A DNA stretch of 64,000 nt, taken from contig NC_045697.1 in the NCBI RefSeq assembly GCF_009834535.1, positions 110,176,001-110,240,000 of the forward strand. The letters run 5' to 3'. The first letter of the stretch is position 1. Every line of letters starts with the position of its first letter. The notes below the pieces were generated by a model. That model searched no databases, was not told where the DNA came from, and was given only the letters and a program-made list of their open reading frames with translations. The stretch comes from Camelus ferus (Eukaryota). The translations under genes and the position numbers were made by a program. Below, piece by piece: positions 50,703-64,000 of the stretch.

Positions 50703-52350
50703 ATGGGGAAAAGACAGTCTCTTTAATAAATGGTGTTGAGAAAACTGGACAGCTACATATAAAAGAATGATACTAGATCATTTTCTAACACCATATGCAA
50801 AAATGAACTCAAATTCATTAGACTTAAATGTAAAATCTGAAACCATAAAACTAGAAGGAAACACTCTTTGACATTTGTCTTAGCAATATTTTTTTAATCT
50901 GTCTCCTCAAAGGAAACAAAAGCAAAACTAAACAAAAGGAACTATATCAAATGAAAAAGCTTTTGCCCAGTGAAGGAAGCCATCAACAAAACAAAAAGGA
51001 AACCTACTGAATGGAAGAGGATATTTGCAAATGGTATGTTCAATAAGGGGTTAATACCCAAAATATACAAAGAACTCATACAACTCAATAGCAAAAAAAG
51101 TCTGATTTAAAAATGAGCAGAGGACCTGAACAGATACTTTTCTGAAGAAGAGATATAGACGGCCATCAGACACATGAAAAGATGCTCAGCATCACTAATC
51201 ATCAGGGACATGCAAATAAAAACGTCAACGAGAGATCACCTCACACCTGTCAGAAAGACTATTATCAAAAAGACAATAAATAACAAGTATTGGTGAGTAT
51301 GTAAAAAAAGGGGGGAAGGATCCTCATGCACTGTTAGTGGGACTGTAAACTGGTGCAACCGCTATGGAAAATAGTATGATGTTTCCTCAAAAAACTGCAA
51401 ATAGAACTTTATGATTCAGCAATTCCACTTCTGGGTATTTATCTGAAGAAAACTAGAACACTAATTGAAAAGATATACACACCTCAATGTTCACTGCAAC
51501 ATTATTTACAATAGCCAAGATACGGAAGCAACCTAAGTGCCCCAAAACAGATGAATGGAAACAAAACAAACAAAGCATAAATATAAAACAGAAACAGACT
51601 CATAGACATAGAATACAAACTGGTGGTTGCCAAGGGGGCAGGGGGTGGGAAGGGATAGACTGGGATTTCAAAATGTAGAATAGATAAACTAGATTATACT
51701 GTGTAGCACAGGGAAATATATACAAGATCTTATGGTAGCTCACAGAGAAAAAAATGTGACAATGAATATATATATGTTCATGCATAATTGAAAAATTGTG
51801 CTCTACACTGGAATTTGACACAACATTGTAAAATTACTATAAACCAATAAAAAATGTTAAAAAATAAAGGGATAGCAACCCCCCCAAAAAAAACAGATGA
51901 ATGGATAAATATGTGGGGTGTGTGTATACACACACACACACACACAAAATGGAATATAACTCAGCCATAAAAAGAATGAAATTCTGCCATTTGTAACCAC
52001 ATGGATGGGCCTAGAGATTATCATACTAAGTAAAGTCAGAAAGAGAAAGACAAAGACTGTGTGTTTTCACTTACATGTGGAATCTGAAAAAGAAAACTAA
52101 TGAATGTATATAACAACAAAAAAACCAGACAACCAGACACAGATGTAGAGAACAAACTAGTGATTACCAGTGGCGAGAGGGAAAGGGGGAGGGACAAGGT
52201 CGAGGAATGGGATTAAGAGACACAAACTACTATGTAATAATTTTAAATGGAGTATAATCTATAAAAATGTTGAACCACCATGTTGTATACCTGAAACTAA
52301 TATAAATCAACTCTACTTCAATACAAAATAATAAAATAAAAAATAAAAAA
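50703..52350 (+). mobile_element. L1 ORF2 3' part and 3'UTR with A-rich tail
   Basis: aataaatggtgttgagaaaactggaca.., MFTATLFTIAKIRKQPKCP, tail at about 52320-52350. Confidence 0.9.
51560..51889 (+). mobile_element. Young L1 3'UTR nested in older L1
   Basis: Perfect 16-bp TSD AAAACAGATGAATGGA at 51544-51559 and 51890-51905. Confidence 0.92.
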
Positions 52351-54119
52351 ACCCATATCCTTTTCTTCTTAAGGGTTATAAGCGATTCAAATTTTATTTC
52401 AAAAATGACCCTCCTCAGTCCCTCTGCACACCAACATCCCCCCAGGCAGGCGCCCATATCACCCTCCCCAAGGAGACTACAGTAACAAGACATTTGCCCG
52501 TAAAATCACCTTGTCAGGTAAACCCAATCACATGGTCATCCTTGGCCAGCCATGCCTAATATAGTGCCAAACACTGAATTAGTACAAGGTGCAGGGGGAA
52601 GAGCGGGTATCAGTCAAGGCGGGCTATGGACCACTGTGGGTGATGATGAAGAGCCTGGCAGGCTAACTGTGAGTCTCTGGTAGATAACTGCCAGTCTATT
52701 TCCAAGAGATTGGAGTGGATAGCCAACTACTTTCTGGCTTTCCATTCCATTACATGGATCCTATTGTCTGATCATGAGCCAAGTACTCACTATTTCCATT
52801 ATTTAAATTTTAGAATACTCTTTACTATCTGGCTGCCCAGGCACATGCTCATTATTCTTCTTCAAGATTTCCTTCGCTATTCTTGCCTATGTTTTTTTTT
52901 TATTCTTGCAGAAGAATTTTAGGATCATTTTGTCAAGTTTAATTTCCCAGGGGTTTTGACTAGATTTGCACTAAAATCTATAAGTTTATTTTGAAATATT
53001 CAAGTCCAGGACATGGTACACCTCTCCATTTACTTGGGTTTTCTTTTATATACCTCAATATAATTTAATAGCCTCTTTCCACAAGTCCTGCACAGTTCTC
53101 GGTGGATTTATTCCTAAGTCATATATACATCTGTTGTCACTGTAAAGGCAATAATTTTCTAGAACCTTTTTTACTTAATTGTGCAGTAATACATGAATAA
53201 AAAGGTCAAATGTTACAGAAGAGTAAAAACAAAATCTCTCATCACTCATCTTGCCAACCCTGACTCCTCCCATCAGCAGAAATGTGTATGAAGAGCTGGG
53301 CTTGGATCCATCAAGACAATTTTCCATGCTCTCTGGATTTTGTTGAGTTTTTGGCTTTTTGATGTTTTACATAAACAAGATTATACTACATATTTTCCCT
53401 ATGACTTTTCCTACAGCAATATCTTAGAAGAGTTTCCATGTCAGTAGGTATAGCTATATCCATGAAAAGCTGCGTATGACATCAGTATATGAATTTGACA
53501 ATGTGTACATTTCCCCAGTCACGGAACTTAAGTCACTTCTGGTTTTTCACAATGAAAACGCTGCTTTGCCAAACACTTGTACATGCACCTCTGTGCACAT
53601 ATGCTGGGATTTTCGTAGTAGAAATTTCTGAAGATGGCATTTCTGGATCAACAGTAATAAGCATTTTTAAATACTGAAAGCTACCATCAAAGTGCCCTGA
53701 AAAAAAGGATTTACCACTTTGTATCAACGTTATGAAAGGGTCCATTTTCTGACACCCTTTATACTTACATTTTCACTCTCAGTTTTTGGCAGTTTTCCAA
53801 AGTATTGTTAAGTAATTGCTTCTGAAATTCATATTTCCCTGAGGACCTGAGATATATTTTTATATTCGCATTAGCTACATCAATATTTTCTTCTATAACT
53901 TGTCTTGCCACTTCTTTGATAAGCCATGAATTTTCTCCTTAATCCCATGAATCTGCTGTAGGAGCTCTATTTCTGTTATGAATATGCATTTATTGTCTGT
54001 TATGTATGCATCCTATGCTATAATTTTCCTTACAATTTTGTGGTGCCCTTGTTAAATAGACATTTTGAATTTTTATATGGTTAAGTGTGAGATTTACAAA
54101 ATACGTACTTTATGAACAT

Positions 54120-54360
54120 AATAATAATGAAATCTAGAGGTAGGTCTAGCAATATTGTAATTTCCAAGAAGTTATGACCATAAACAATATTTCAAGATAT
54201 CGGCGATGATAATGTGCTATGAAAATTACTACATCTATTGGTAACAAAGTCCATACACCACTAATTCTACTGTGCTTTGCCACATCATTGTTGAGGGAAA
54301 CAGTGAATTTCAGATGGAGTTAACTGACAAATAAAGACATAATTGTTTCCCCTCCAAGTT
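54120..54360. mobile_element. hAT-Charlie fragment
   Basis: gtaatttccaagaagt..tatttcaagatatc..tctattggtaacaaagtc..aaataaagacataatt..ccaagtt resembles a Charlie4-type consensus (recalled). Confidence 0.6.
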
Positions 54361-56365
54361 GAGTTGTTTCCTAACCACCTTCCGGCAAAGCTAACTAGTC
54401 CTTCCTTTGTGATCCCACAGATGTCTACACTCGCACTTCAGGGAGTTCCATGCCAAGTGCTTTCCTTCCCCTGTCTTCTTTCCCCTACAAGACAGTCCTG
54501 GAGGAAACCAGCCAGCACCACTTACTAACAGACTGATGTACTGAAACCCCGGTGAGAGATCGATGGTTAGCAAGCAAATGAAATTTCACCTGAGAAATAG
54601 GCAATTGTAATTTATTTTCAAAATCCATCTACAGTATCATGCCAGTGGTCCTCATTTTATTTTGGTGCTGAGCTTCCATTTCCAAAGACGAAATTAGAGT
54701 TTCTCAACCTTTTCAAAAAATTATTGTCCCTTTAAAGGAGCTTTTTTTTTTGCATTTTCTTCTAAGCCCTCTCTACATGAAATGTACAGATACACTGTAA
54801 CTCTACTAACATACAGTGACCCTCTGGGGGACCAAAACAACTGTCATTGTTTTTACTCCCCCCAAACCAATTTTTGCCTTTTTGGGCAAAACCAATTATC
54901 ACCTCTGTTAAAGATGTAAGGACTAGATGAAATGCTATGAATGATTAAACATATTTGTATTCTGAGACACAGAAATCACAAATCATCCTATTACTCGTCC
55001 AGAAACAGTTACGTCTTGCGTTCCTTATTCCTACAGGCCGAGAAGCTATAAAACAAAAGACGACAGTATAAAGAGGATACAAAGACAGGTATTTTTAAAA
55101 AATCACAGTTGAACCCTGTACATGACACATAATTCAGACTTTCTTTGGTTCACCAAATAACGTCTTACACGTGTTTATTACTCCATATGTCATTAGGGAA
55201 AAAGCATGGGTAGCCTGGAGTTATAATGGACAAAATGCACACATATATATTACCAGTTGAGAATTACTATGAAGTCTCTTTGAACTTTTTGCAGGATTTC
55301 AGAAAAATGACTCACACTTCTGCGGGCAAGGGCAAAAATAAAGAGGCATTGCAGCTCTGACAGTCCTTTAATATTAGGGTGTTTTTAAAAGAAAAGGTGC
55401 TAAGTCATTGTTGGAACCATGTACTAAAATAGAGTGGAAATCCTCAGTGACTTAAAAGCTGAATGGAAATCGGTTTGATCGTATTTTAAAACTTTAGCCA
55501 AGATTTCTTCAGTATGATAACATGGAACGTTCAAAAGATTTCTGCATCAACTGTAGTAACCTGCTGATGTTCTGAGAACCCAAAAGATGAGACTCTGAAT
55601 CAGCTGTTTTGGAAACAACGAGATTATGATAATTCATGAATTGACTAAATATCATGAATGCTTTTCTGTATTTTTCCCAGGTTACTTAATATATGTAAGT
55701 TTTTAATATATGTAAAGTTCACTTTTAAAACCACACAAAGTCCAAAACATATACCATAAATTGAAAGTAAGCTCAAAAGTTGTGAAGCTCTCTGTACTTG
55801 CTGTGATGGTCACTGGCAAACAATATGATGCATATAAAAATTTTCAGAGAAGTTCTTTCTTATTTTTATTTTTTAAACTCCTTTGTAGCAGAACATCCTT
55901 TCTCCAGATTAAAAAAAAAAAACTGTAAATGCATTTATCAGTTAGCACAACTTGATTTGTTTTCAAATTTTAAAATTTGTACTGAAAGAATCATTCTTTA
56001 TTAGGCTGTCACATTTCGTCTTCTATTTGAAAGTTTCACTGTTTATTTACAAAGAATTTTTTATTTTATAAGAAAACAGTTCTTTATTAACAGACATAAA
56101 TACCCAAGTATGGACAATTAAGTTCTCGTGGTTTGAAGGGTTGGGGAGAGGACAGGACATAAATAATGGCCACAGCGGGTTGTATCTGGGTGAAATTCTC
56201 ATGAGTTATGTTAATGGGAGGCACTGAGCCTCACTTCTCATTCTTTATACCTGGTGATCGATAACGACTGGGCTAGTGAATGAGCAAATTTTATTGACTG
56301 CTAGTGCAGACAGGTGAAGTCTTTACATCTCCATCAAGCACAGCACATTCATTCAATATTCCAGA

Positions 56366-56835
56366 TTCTTTTTTTTAACTGAAGTGTAGTCAGTTACAAT
56401 GTGTCTCTTTCTGGTGTACAGCATAATGGTTCAGTCATACATGAACATACGTATATTCGTTTTCATATTCTTTTTCATTAAAGGTATTGAACATAGTTCC
56501 CTATGCTACACAGAAGGAATTTTGTTTTTTATCTATTTTTTATATATAGCAATTATCCCCTCTCACCCCCTCCCCCATAACCATAAGATCGTTTACTATG
56601 CCTGTGAGTCTGTTTTGTAGATGAGTTCATTAGTGTCTTCTTTTTTCTTTTTTTTAGATTCCTCATATGAGTGACATTATATGGCATTTTTCTTTCTCTT
56701 TCTGGCTTACTTCACTTAGAATGATGATCTCCAGGTCCACCCCTGTTGCTGTAAATGGCATTATTTTATTCCTTTTTATGGCTGAGTAGTATTCCATTGC
56801 ATAAATATACCACAATTTCTTTATCCAGTTACCTG
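56366..56835 (-). mobile_element. L1 3' end
   Basis: ORF2 C-terminus WIKKLWYIYAMEYYSAIKRNKIMPF; TSD AATA(T/C)TCCAGA at 56355-56365 and 56836-56846. Confidence 0.9.
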
Positions 56836-56999
56836 AATACTCCAGACATTTTTGTATTCTCTTCATGTGAGTGATCTCTCAGCCTTGTTATCACCAGTAA
56901 CAGAATTTGGGGAGAGGGGGAGGCAAGTTTACAGAAGTCTACGTGCTTTGGCTCAGACCACTATTTATCCCTCCTACCTCAGGATGCCTGGTGGCACAG

Positions 57000-59885
57000 C
57001 CTAAATGGTGGGTCCCAAGGAGGAGGCTACAATTATCAGATCATCTATCTCCTCTAAACGACCTGTAGGATGGAGCTCATCATCATCACGCCTCCATCCT
57101 GCTGACCTCCATCCCCAGCAGAAGGCAGAGACTCAACCCCTAGGCTCCCTTACCCCTACATGGCTCTGAGCATCCCCCAACTGACTTAGATCTGCATGCC
57201 CTGGATCCTCCCACATCCTACTACTGGACCTTGGATAGTCCATAGTCGTCAGGAATTTCCCTTATTCCCTCATCCTCTTCTCTGAATGTTCCCTTGACCT
57301 TCTTGGGGGAAAACTGTATGCCCTCCTCACCAGGACATACATGGCATACCTCGACTCCTTCTTGAGTGACAGCTGTTTTAGTCCCACACTCCCAGTGGGC
57401 TAGGGCTGGGAGTAAGGTACGTACCCTCCTTGCTGCACCCAGGCTATTTTCTCTTCCTCCCCTTAAAACCTGCAGTCCCTTTGGAGCACATGTCTCCAGA
57501 TCCACATCTGATGATTATTATCCACTATATTTGTGAACACCACTACCCCCTTCTTCCTAGAACTTCTCTGCTCTGGTTCTGTCTTTCTCTCAGTCACTAG
57601 TCTGACTGAGTTTAGGAATTCTGCACCAATGACTCATCCAAAACCCTGAAGCCAGGGTCCATGCCCACCTCATGTGCAAAGATCCTGTCTTCCAGGCATC
57701 CTCAGCCACGCACACCTCTGCTCATCCCAACACTGTGACTGCCAATAATCCCACCAACTACAAACATCCCTGCTTCAACTGTCCTTTTCTCTGACCACCA
57801 CCTCTCCCATCTCCAGCCTGCACACTCCAGTATCCCTACTCCAACCACTTTCAACAACCACCACCTCCTCCTTGTGCCCTCACTTCCCTCCTTACAGCCT
57901 TTGGATTCCACAGTCGACTGTTGGACCAACACCTTGTTGCCCAATCCCTTAATTCCATTGTACCAAAATGGGTTAAATCCAACACCACCTGATACAGATG
58001 TCTCTGTAGAACAATATGGCTAAATACAATCACAATTACACTGCCTCATCTTCTTTAAAATGCGTTATCACCACCTCAGTGGCCATCAGAGCTGCCTGGC
58101 ATCCAATATCTCTCTGCTGCAGGGACATTCCCATCCGCGAAGATCCATTGAAGATCTTCCCTTTTTAAATGGCCTCCTCCCCTCCACCACTGGCATCCTG
58201 CTAACGACCTTCATTCTCATTTCCCTTGTTGCTCTGTGAAAATAAAATGTAATCAGAAGAGAATCTCTCTACTCTCCCACCCCAAACTCCCAACCCCTCT
58301 GCACGCATGCCCACACATGTATGCCTTTCCTGCTGCTTCCCCACCAGAGCTCTGGGGCCCAACCTCTCTCACCTTATCCAGGACTCTGCTCCGGCAGTTA
58401 TCCCGTATGGTCAGCATCACCGATTGTCCCTTTTCTCTGGCTCATTCCTTCAGCATACAAACACGCTGTCTGATCAACCAACCAATCAATCAAAGTCTTC
58501 AATGACACCACATTCCCCTGCAGCTACCCCACATTTCTCCTGTTCTGCTACACAGCAAAAGCCCCTGGAATCGTCGTGTGTAGTTAACCCCTTCTCTTCA
58601 TATTCTGATCTACTAAAACTGCTTGTCAAGATCACCAATGAGATGCTCACTGCTTGTGGCCAATTCTTAGCCATCATCTTTGTCCAGCTCCCAGCTAACA
58701 AGATTTATCACGTCTCCCTTCTTGAAACATTCCATTCTCTTTGCTTCCAGGATACCACTCTCCTGGTCTTCCTCCTCCCTTTCTGGCTGTTCACTCTCCT
58801 TGTATACTTCTCCTTCCCTGGAGAGACTGTTCCAGAGCTCTGCTCTATTAATTAAATACACTGATGCTGTGTCTAGACTAATAGTTTTAAACATTATCTG
58901 TTTTTTTTATGACCCTCAAATTCACATCCCCAGCTCTGATCTTTTTCCTGAATCTCAGAATCATGTGCCAAGTGCCTTGTCATCGCCCTTCAATATCGTG
59001 TAGGTATCTCAAACTTAACATTCTCCCAGATCAACTCCTGACTTCTTCCCCTAAACCTGCTTCTCTCTGGTCTCATAATTTAGCACTTGTACCTCCATGC
59101 ACCCCATCTCTCAGATTGAAATCCTTGGAGAGTGCTTTTCTGGTACTGCACACATCTGACCTATCAGCAAATCTCCATACAATCAGTGTATATTCTGAAT
59201 CTGAATACTCTCTACTTCAGCCTCCCTTGAGAGCAGTCTGGGCAGAGCCACCGCCACCTCCCACCTACATCTCACACCATCCCTCCACATAGTGCCGGGG
59301 GAATCCTTTTAAAAGATAAATCAGATCATATTACTTTGCTGGTCTCAAAAGCCTCCACTCAGTCTCGTTCACACTCAGAATAAAATGCAAACTCCTTCCC
59401 AAGCCTATGAAGCCCTACCTTGGCTGGCCCCTGACCATCTCTCCAAACTCCTCCACACTTACCATTCAATTCAATCCTCGTTCAGCTCCAGCCACATCAC
59501 CTCCTGGTCCTTCCACAGACACAGCCAGCAGGCTCCAGCCTCAGGATGTCTGCACGTGCTGTCTCTTCTGCCTAGATGACTGGTCCCACCGAGATGGGCG
59601 TGGCCGCTGGCTCCTCACCTCACTCAGGTCTCTGATCAATGTCACCTTCCCCGACCACCTCAAAGGGCACACCCGTCACTCTGTCTTCTCACCCTGCCTG
59701 AACTCTATTCACAGCTTTTGTCACTACCTGGCACTCATTCTTTGGTGTTTTATTATCTTTCTCATCCACTAGAATGGCTCCCTGAAGGAGGGGACTTGGG
59801 CCCGCTGTTCTCTCCAGGCTTCAAATAGAGTTGGGAACCTAGTAGTGCTTCAATAAAGAAATATTTGCTGAATGAATGCGTGAAT
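57000..59885 (+). mobile_element. Long degenerate L2 with 3' tail
   Basis: C/T-rich L2 motifs (aaactgcttgtcaagatcaccaatga, ttccaggataccactctcctggt, cactcagaataaaatgcaaactcctt), ending aatatttgctgaatgaatg. 5' boundary approximate. Confidence 0.8.
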
Positions 59886-60789
59886 CTCTCCTGTCTTCGT
59901 GCTGAGAGAAAGCCTACCCCCTGTAAACAGGAATTCCATTCCTCCAGGGTATTTGGGATAGGAGGCAATTTAACAAGTAAGAAAGGAAAACAGGTTAGGG
60001 TTGGTTTTTTGTTTTTTGTTTTTTTTTTTTATATATATAATTCATTCTTCATGTTCCTCCCTGGATGCCCGGGCCAGCCTCAAATAGCTGATTGTTCTAA
60101 GTGCAACTCCTCCTACAACGAAAGCACAGGTCACCTGCCCTTCTGTTTGAATTTGTCCATGTCCCATAAGCAGAACAAGAAAACTGACTGTAGAATCCTA
60201 AATTTAAGAAAAAGAAAATTAAAAAATAAAAGGCATCCATCTATCCCTGAACAAAGACTGCAAAATCCTCAGGGTAAAATCAGCAAAAGAGATTCATTAC
60301 TAAATTAATAAAGAATGCAAATATTCCTTAGATAAATTTTCTTACAATCTCATCTCCATTTCCCAACCAGAAATAACACTGCACCTTCTTTTCCAATAAT
60401 CAGTCTAACTCTCCCATGTCAGACACATGGTATCAGCTCTTAAATCTTCAGATTTCTCAGGAAATAGAATGATCTAACAGTCTAATCCATAATCAATGAC
60501 ATTAAACATTCAAAAATTAAAGAGATTATCTTTAAAGCTGTCATCACAGCTCTGAAATTGAAATATTTTATCAGGGTCAGTACATCCCCGGGAGACAAAT
60601 GCAGAGCAACACACTTGGATTCACACCGAAAGTTAAACACACAACAGTTATCACGAAACCTCTGTCAAGAGAATTTCTTGCTTTACACAGGGTGAAGAAG
60701 GCAAGTCCCAGAATCTGCTTCTGGAACTTACCCTGACAGATAGATGCCAATCTTGCAGGAATGAACTCTAAACAGATAACAAGCATAGT

Positions 60790-60990
60790 TCTCACTTACA
60801 CAATGTGCTGTTTAATCCTCAGAACAACTTTGGAGGTAGGTCCTGTGTTTACTCCTTTTTTGTAGATGAAGGAGCTGAGCCCCAGAGAGGCTGAGTCTCC
60901 TGCTTGAGGTCATACAGAGAGCAGGGCACAGAGCTGGAACCTGTGCCCAGGCGGTCTGGTTCCAGGCACCACGTTCCCCACTCTGCCATC
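60790..60990. mobile_element. MIR
   Basis: tttaatcctcagaacaac..tttgtagatgaaggagctgagcccagagagg..gaggtcatacag. Confidence 0.75.
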
Positions 60991-61194
60991 CTGCAGTGAC
61001 ATAAAGGGGACCCTCGCTGCTGCCTCCCAAAGACATTTTGAAATGACCAGATTTCGAAAGCAAAGGGAATTACTGGCTAGTGAAAAAAAGCCAAATAAAC
61101 TGGTTACATTTCCTCTTCGACAGCTTCCCATATAATCTGTTATCAACTATTTCAAATTGGAGGGTTAAGTTTTTCTTTCATCCACAATTTTTTG

Positions 61195-61460
61195 GCTGTG
61201 GTGGTGGATATGCAAACCGACACGTGTGATACACGCGACAAAATCATGTTGAACTAAACACACACGGTGAGTACAAGATTAGGGACATCTAAATAAATGG
61301 ATTACCTCCCTGTCGATGCCCTGCTTGTGATATTGTGTTACAGTCTGGCAACGTTACCATTGGAGGAGGCTGAGTCAATGCCGCACATATCGGTGTTCCT
61401 CCCCAGGGCGGCTTGTACGACTGCCATCACATGTGCATCTACAATAATCTCAATAAAAGC
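61195..61460 (+). mobile_element. L1MC-like 3' end
   Basis: gtgatattgtgttacagt..gttaccattggaggaggctgagt..catgtgcatctacaataatctcaataaaa. Confidence 0.7.
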
Positions 61461-62751
61461 TTCAGCTACGAATTATGAACACTACGTATCTTTGGGGGAC
61501 TTCGCCGTTTTGAAAATTGATTTTTGAAATGATCTGGATTTTCCCTGCTGAATCGCAAACTACTTTTTGTTCCTAACAAGATGGAGTTTCAGGACATTCC
61601 TGCCAACTTATCTCACTGAGTCAGTCTTGCCCCCACCTCCAAGTGACCCCTTGCTTAAATATTTCTTATAACAAGGTCACAGATTCTTACCCGGGTGCCC
61701 AGATCTCCGGGCTCCTGCCCCGAAGACCTCTATTCTGCCCCATCCCCTCCCGCTGAGCCAGTCTCTCTAAATCTTCTGCCTAGTGAATTTCTGCTCACCC
61801 TTCAGATTTCAGCTCCAAAAACAATACTTTCTGGAGCAAGACTTGCCTGTATTCACTAACCTCCAATATAGACTCTCATATGGCCATAGAACACATAATG
61901 CTTCCTGAAATTTAAATTTAACTTCCACCTGTGTGGGCCTCCTCCCTGGACCAGAAACTCCACGAGGGAAGAATCACGTTTATACGCATTTATCGACTGC
62001 ACGGGGTCGCGAGATGCTCCCAGGGATCCACCAATCTTGATGAAGGAACAGGGAAAATAAAAAGTAAATTTAAAAAATGGTACCTCTGCCTTTTTTTTTT
62101 TTTTTTTTTTCATTCTCAAAGTTTTTTTGTTTTGTTTTTTTCCTCTCCTGAAAGCTCTTTTTATTGTTCTGTATTCACATGTACATTTTTTGGTAATATG
62201 CTTATAATTTAGACTCTCCAATTCTCCTTTTTTTTAACTTTTGTTCAATGTTTGTTTTTTTGTTTTTGTTTGTTGCTTCTGCCTTTCTATCTCCTCCTGT
62301 CCCTGCACACCCTGGTTGGGGAAGGGGATGGAATTTTGCAAATACATGCATGACATAATTTGTCATTTGTCATCTCAAAACTGAAAATTTTTTATTAATA
62401 TTGTTATTTAAATGTCATGATTCATATTTTTAATTAAATTATCTTTTCTAAATTAATCTTGATTTTCCCCCCATATCTCCATTCCACAGGTAATAAATAA
62501 GTTTTTAAAAAATGTGCGAATAAAATTGTTTAAAATTACCTTTATTTCTTCCTAAGCCTTTAATCCACAAGTAAAAAGATGAAAATGTGTATCAATGAGG
62601 CTTTTTATATTGTTAAAATACTAAGTGGAATTTTCAGACTTCAACTTGCTATTAAACAAATGGCAATATTGAACATTCTCCTTACAACAACTTGATTGCC
62701 TTTGATTTTGTGATCATCACTGTTTATTTTTATTCGCCTCTGCACAGTATT

Positions 62752-63335
62752 TGTAACTGCTAGGTGGTTAGATAAGTGGGGGGTACCAGGCAGATAGGGT
62801 GGAGGAGACGGAGGCTGGTCCAGAAGATGGCACTATGCCCAGCGCTAGCATAAAGGGGCTCTACCTCTAAATGAAAGCCAGCAAGAAGCCGGTTAGGATG
62901 CGACAGCCTAAACTGTGAGGCAGCAGCAAGGACCTAACCGGATATGACCCACTGCTCATTGGAATATAATTAGCATGTGGCTTAGCACCCCCCCCCACCT
63001 GGCCCCCCACACACACAAGAGGTTTTTCTATGTGCATCCTGGGTACGACCACGCGCAAGGGGGATGGGCATGCCTAAGCATTCAAGGGACCAGAGCTATC
63101 AATCAATCAAAGAACGCCCCTAAAGCAAGGATGTAAGACAAAAGGGACATAGAAGTGGAGCCATTTGTTCCTCTCTTGGGTTGGCCCACCTTCAGTTCTC
63201 AAAGGTGTACTATACTGACTTTTGCTCTACTAATAAAATCCTTTGTTTATATCACATTTTCAGTCTTCTGTTTAGATTCCTTTTCTTGGTTAAGACAAAG
63301 AATCGAGGTTATTTTCTTGCTTCCCCATGGTAACA
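62752..63335 (+). mobile_element. Solo ERV LTR
   Basis: TGTAAC...GGTAACA termini, AATAAA at about 63232, U5-like T-rich tail; no clean TSD. Confidence 0.7.
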
Positions 63336-63349
63336 TAGACAGAATCAAA

Positions 63350-63985
63350 ATGGAACTTACACAAGTAACTGGCATGAGGAAGTGCCCCAAATGCCCATGG
63401 CCCCCACCCCCACTCTTGTTTGTCACCTCCCCTGTCCCAGCCCCTGCGACCTGGGCGGTTCCATTCAATCTCTGACTCAGGAAGAGAAAACTCAGGCCTG
63501 TCTTACAGACGCCTCTGTGTGCTCTGCAGGCACCACCCAGGAGTGGAAGGGTTGTGGCACCATGGCCCTTTTTGGGGACAGCCAAGTGGTGAAGGGAAAA
63601 TCCTCCCAGTGGGCAGAATTTCAAGTAGTGCCTCTAGTCGTTCATTTTGCTTGTAAGGAGAAGTGGCCAGAGATACGGTTTCTGTACGGCTTCAAGGACT
63701 GTCGCCAATGGTTTGGCTGGATGGTCAGGAACTTGGAATGAACGTGACAAGAAAACTAGTAAGGAGATCCATGGAAGCATGTGGCTAGACCTCCCCAAAT
63801 GTGCCTGAAAACAGAGACATTTGTGCCCACGTGGATGCTCACCGAAGGGTTATCTCAGAAGAGGAGGACTTTAATAATCAATGGATGGGACTGACCTGTA
63901 TGTGGACACCAATCAGCCTCTGTCCCCAGCCATTCCTATCGCTGCCCAAAGGGCTCAAGAACAACGTGGCCGTAGTACCAGTGCA
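63350..63985 (+). mobile_element. ERV-L pol remnant (RNase H to integrase N-terminus)
   Basis: Frameshifted peptides QMPM..LTQEEKTQACLTDAS..AGTTQEW..GKSSQWAEF..LVVHFACKEKWP, ANGLAGWSGTW, HVDAH, EEDFNNQ match ERV-L pol. Confidence 0.88.
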
Positions 63986-64000
63986 GCAATCCAGTACTTG

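Larger units (their letters stand above)
4679..64000 (-). other. DCHS2: Long upstream intron of DCHS2 (probably intron 1; continues beyond the window)
   Basis: No further cadherin-coding exon seen; repeat-rich. Consistent with the very long first intron of DCHS2 in other mammals (recalled, not checked). Confidence 0.7.

Noticed and set aside
58307..59772. Cluster of 107-182 aa ORFs
   Set aside because: They lie in a decayed C/T-rich L2 that is poor in stop codons; no coherent protein or splice structure.

Overview
Mammalian genomic DNA, most likely camelid (Camelus/Vicugna), judged from five tRNA-Ala-derived Vic-type SINEs and young lineage-specific L1 3' ends. The only credible protein-coding sequence is one 192-nt internal exon on the minus strand (4487-4678) encoding part of a cadherin repeat, which I recognise as DCHS2 (probably exon 2). 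The rest reads as intron: about 59 kb upstream and 4.5 kb downstream, made of L1, L2, MIR, MaLR/ERV LTRs, hAT/Tigger DNA-transposon fossils, an ERV-L pol remnant and a processed PPIA pseudogene. Most ORFs in the track are repeat-derived or spurious. I found no new multi-gene system. The unusual signals are retroelement architectures: (1) a 221-bp palindrome of two inward-facing LTR 5' ends with a 4-bp target-site duplication (TSD); (2) an LTR-polyadenylated transcript retroposed by L1, with poly(A) and a 16-bp TSD; (3) a young L1 with two stacked 3' transductions; (4) L1 inversions breaking inside transduced sequence; (5) a chimeric L1 3' end; (6) a 60-bp local templated duplication. Repeat family names are from recall of consensus sequences, not from a search, and boundaries of old repeats are approximate.
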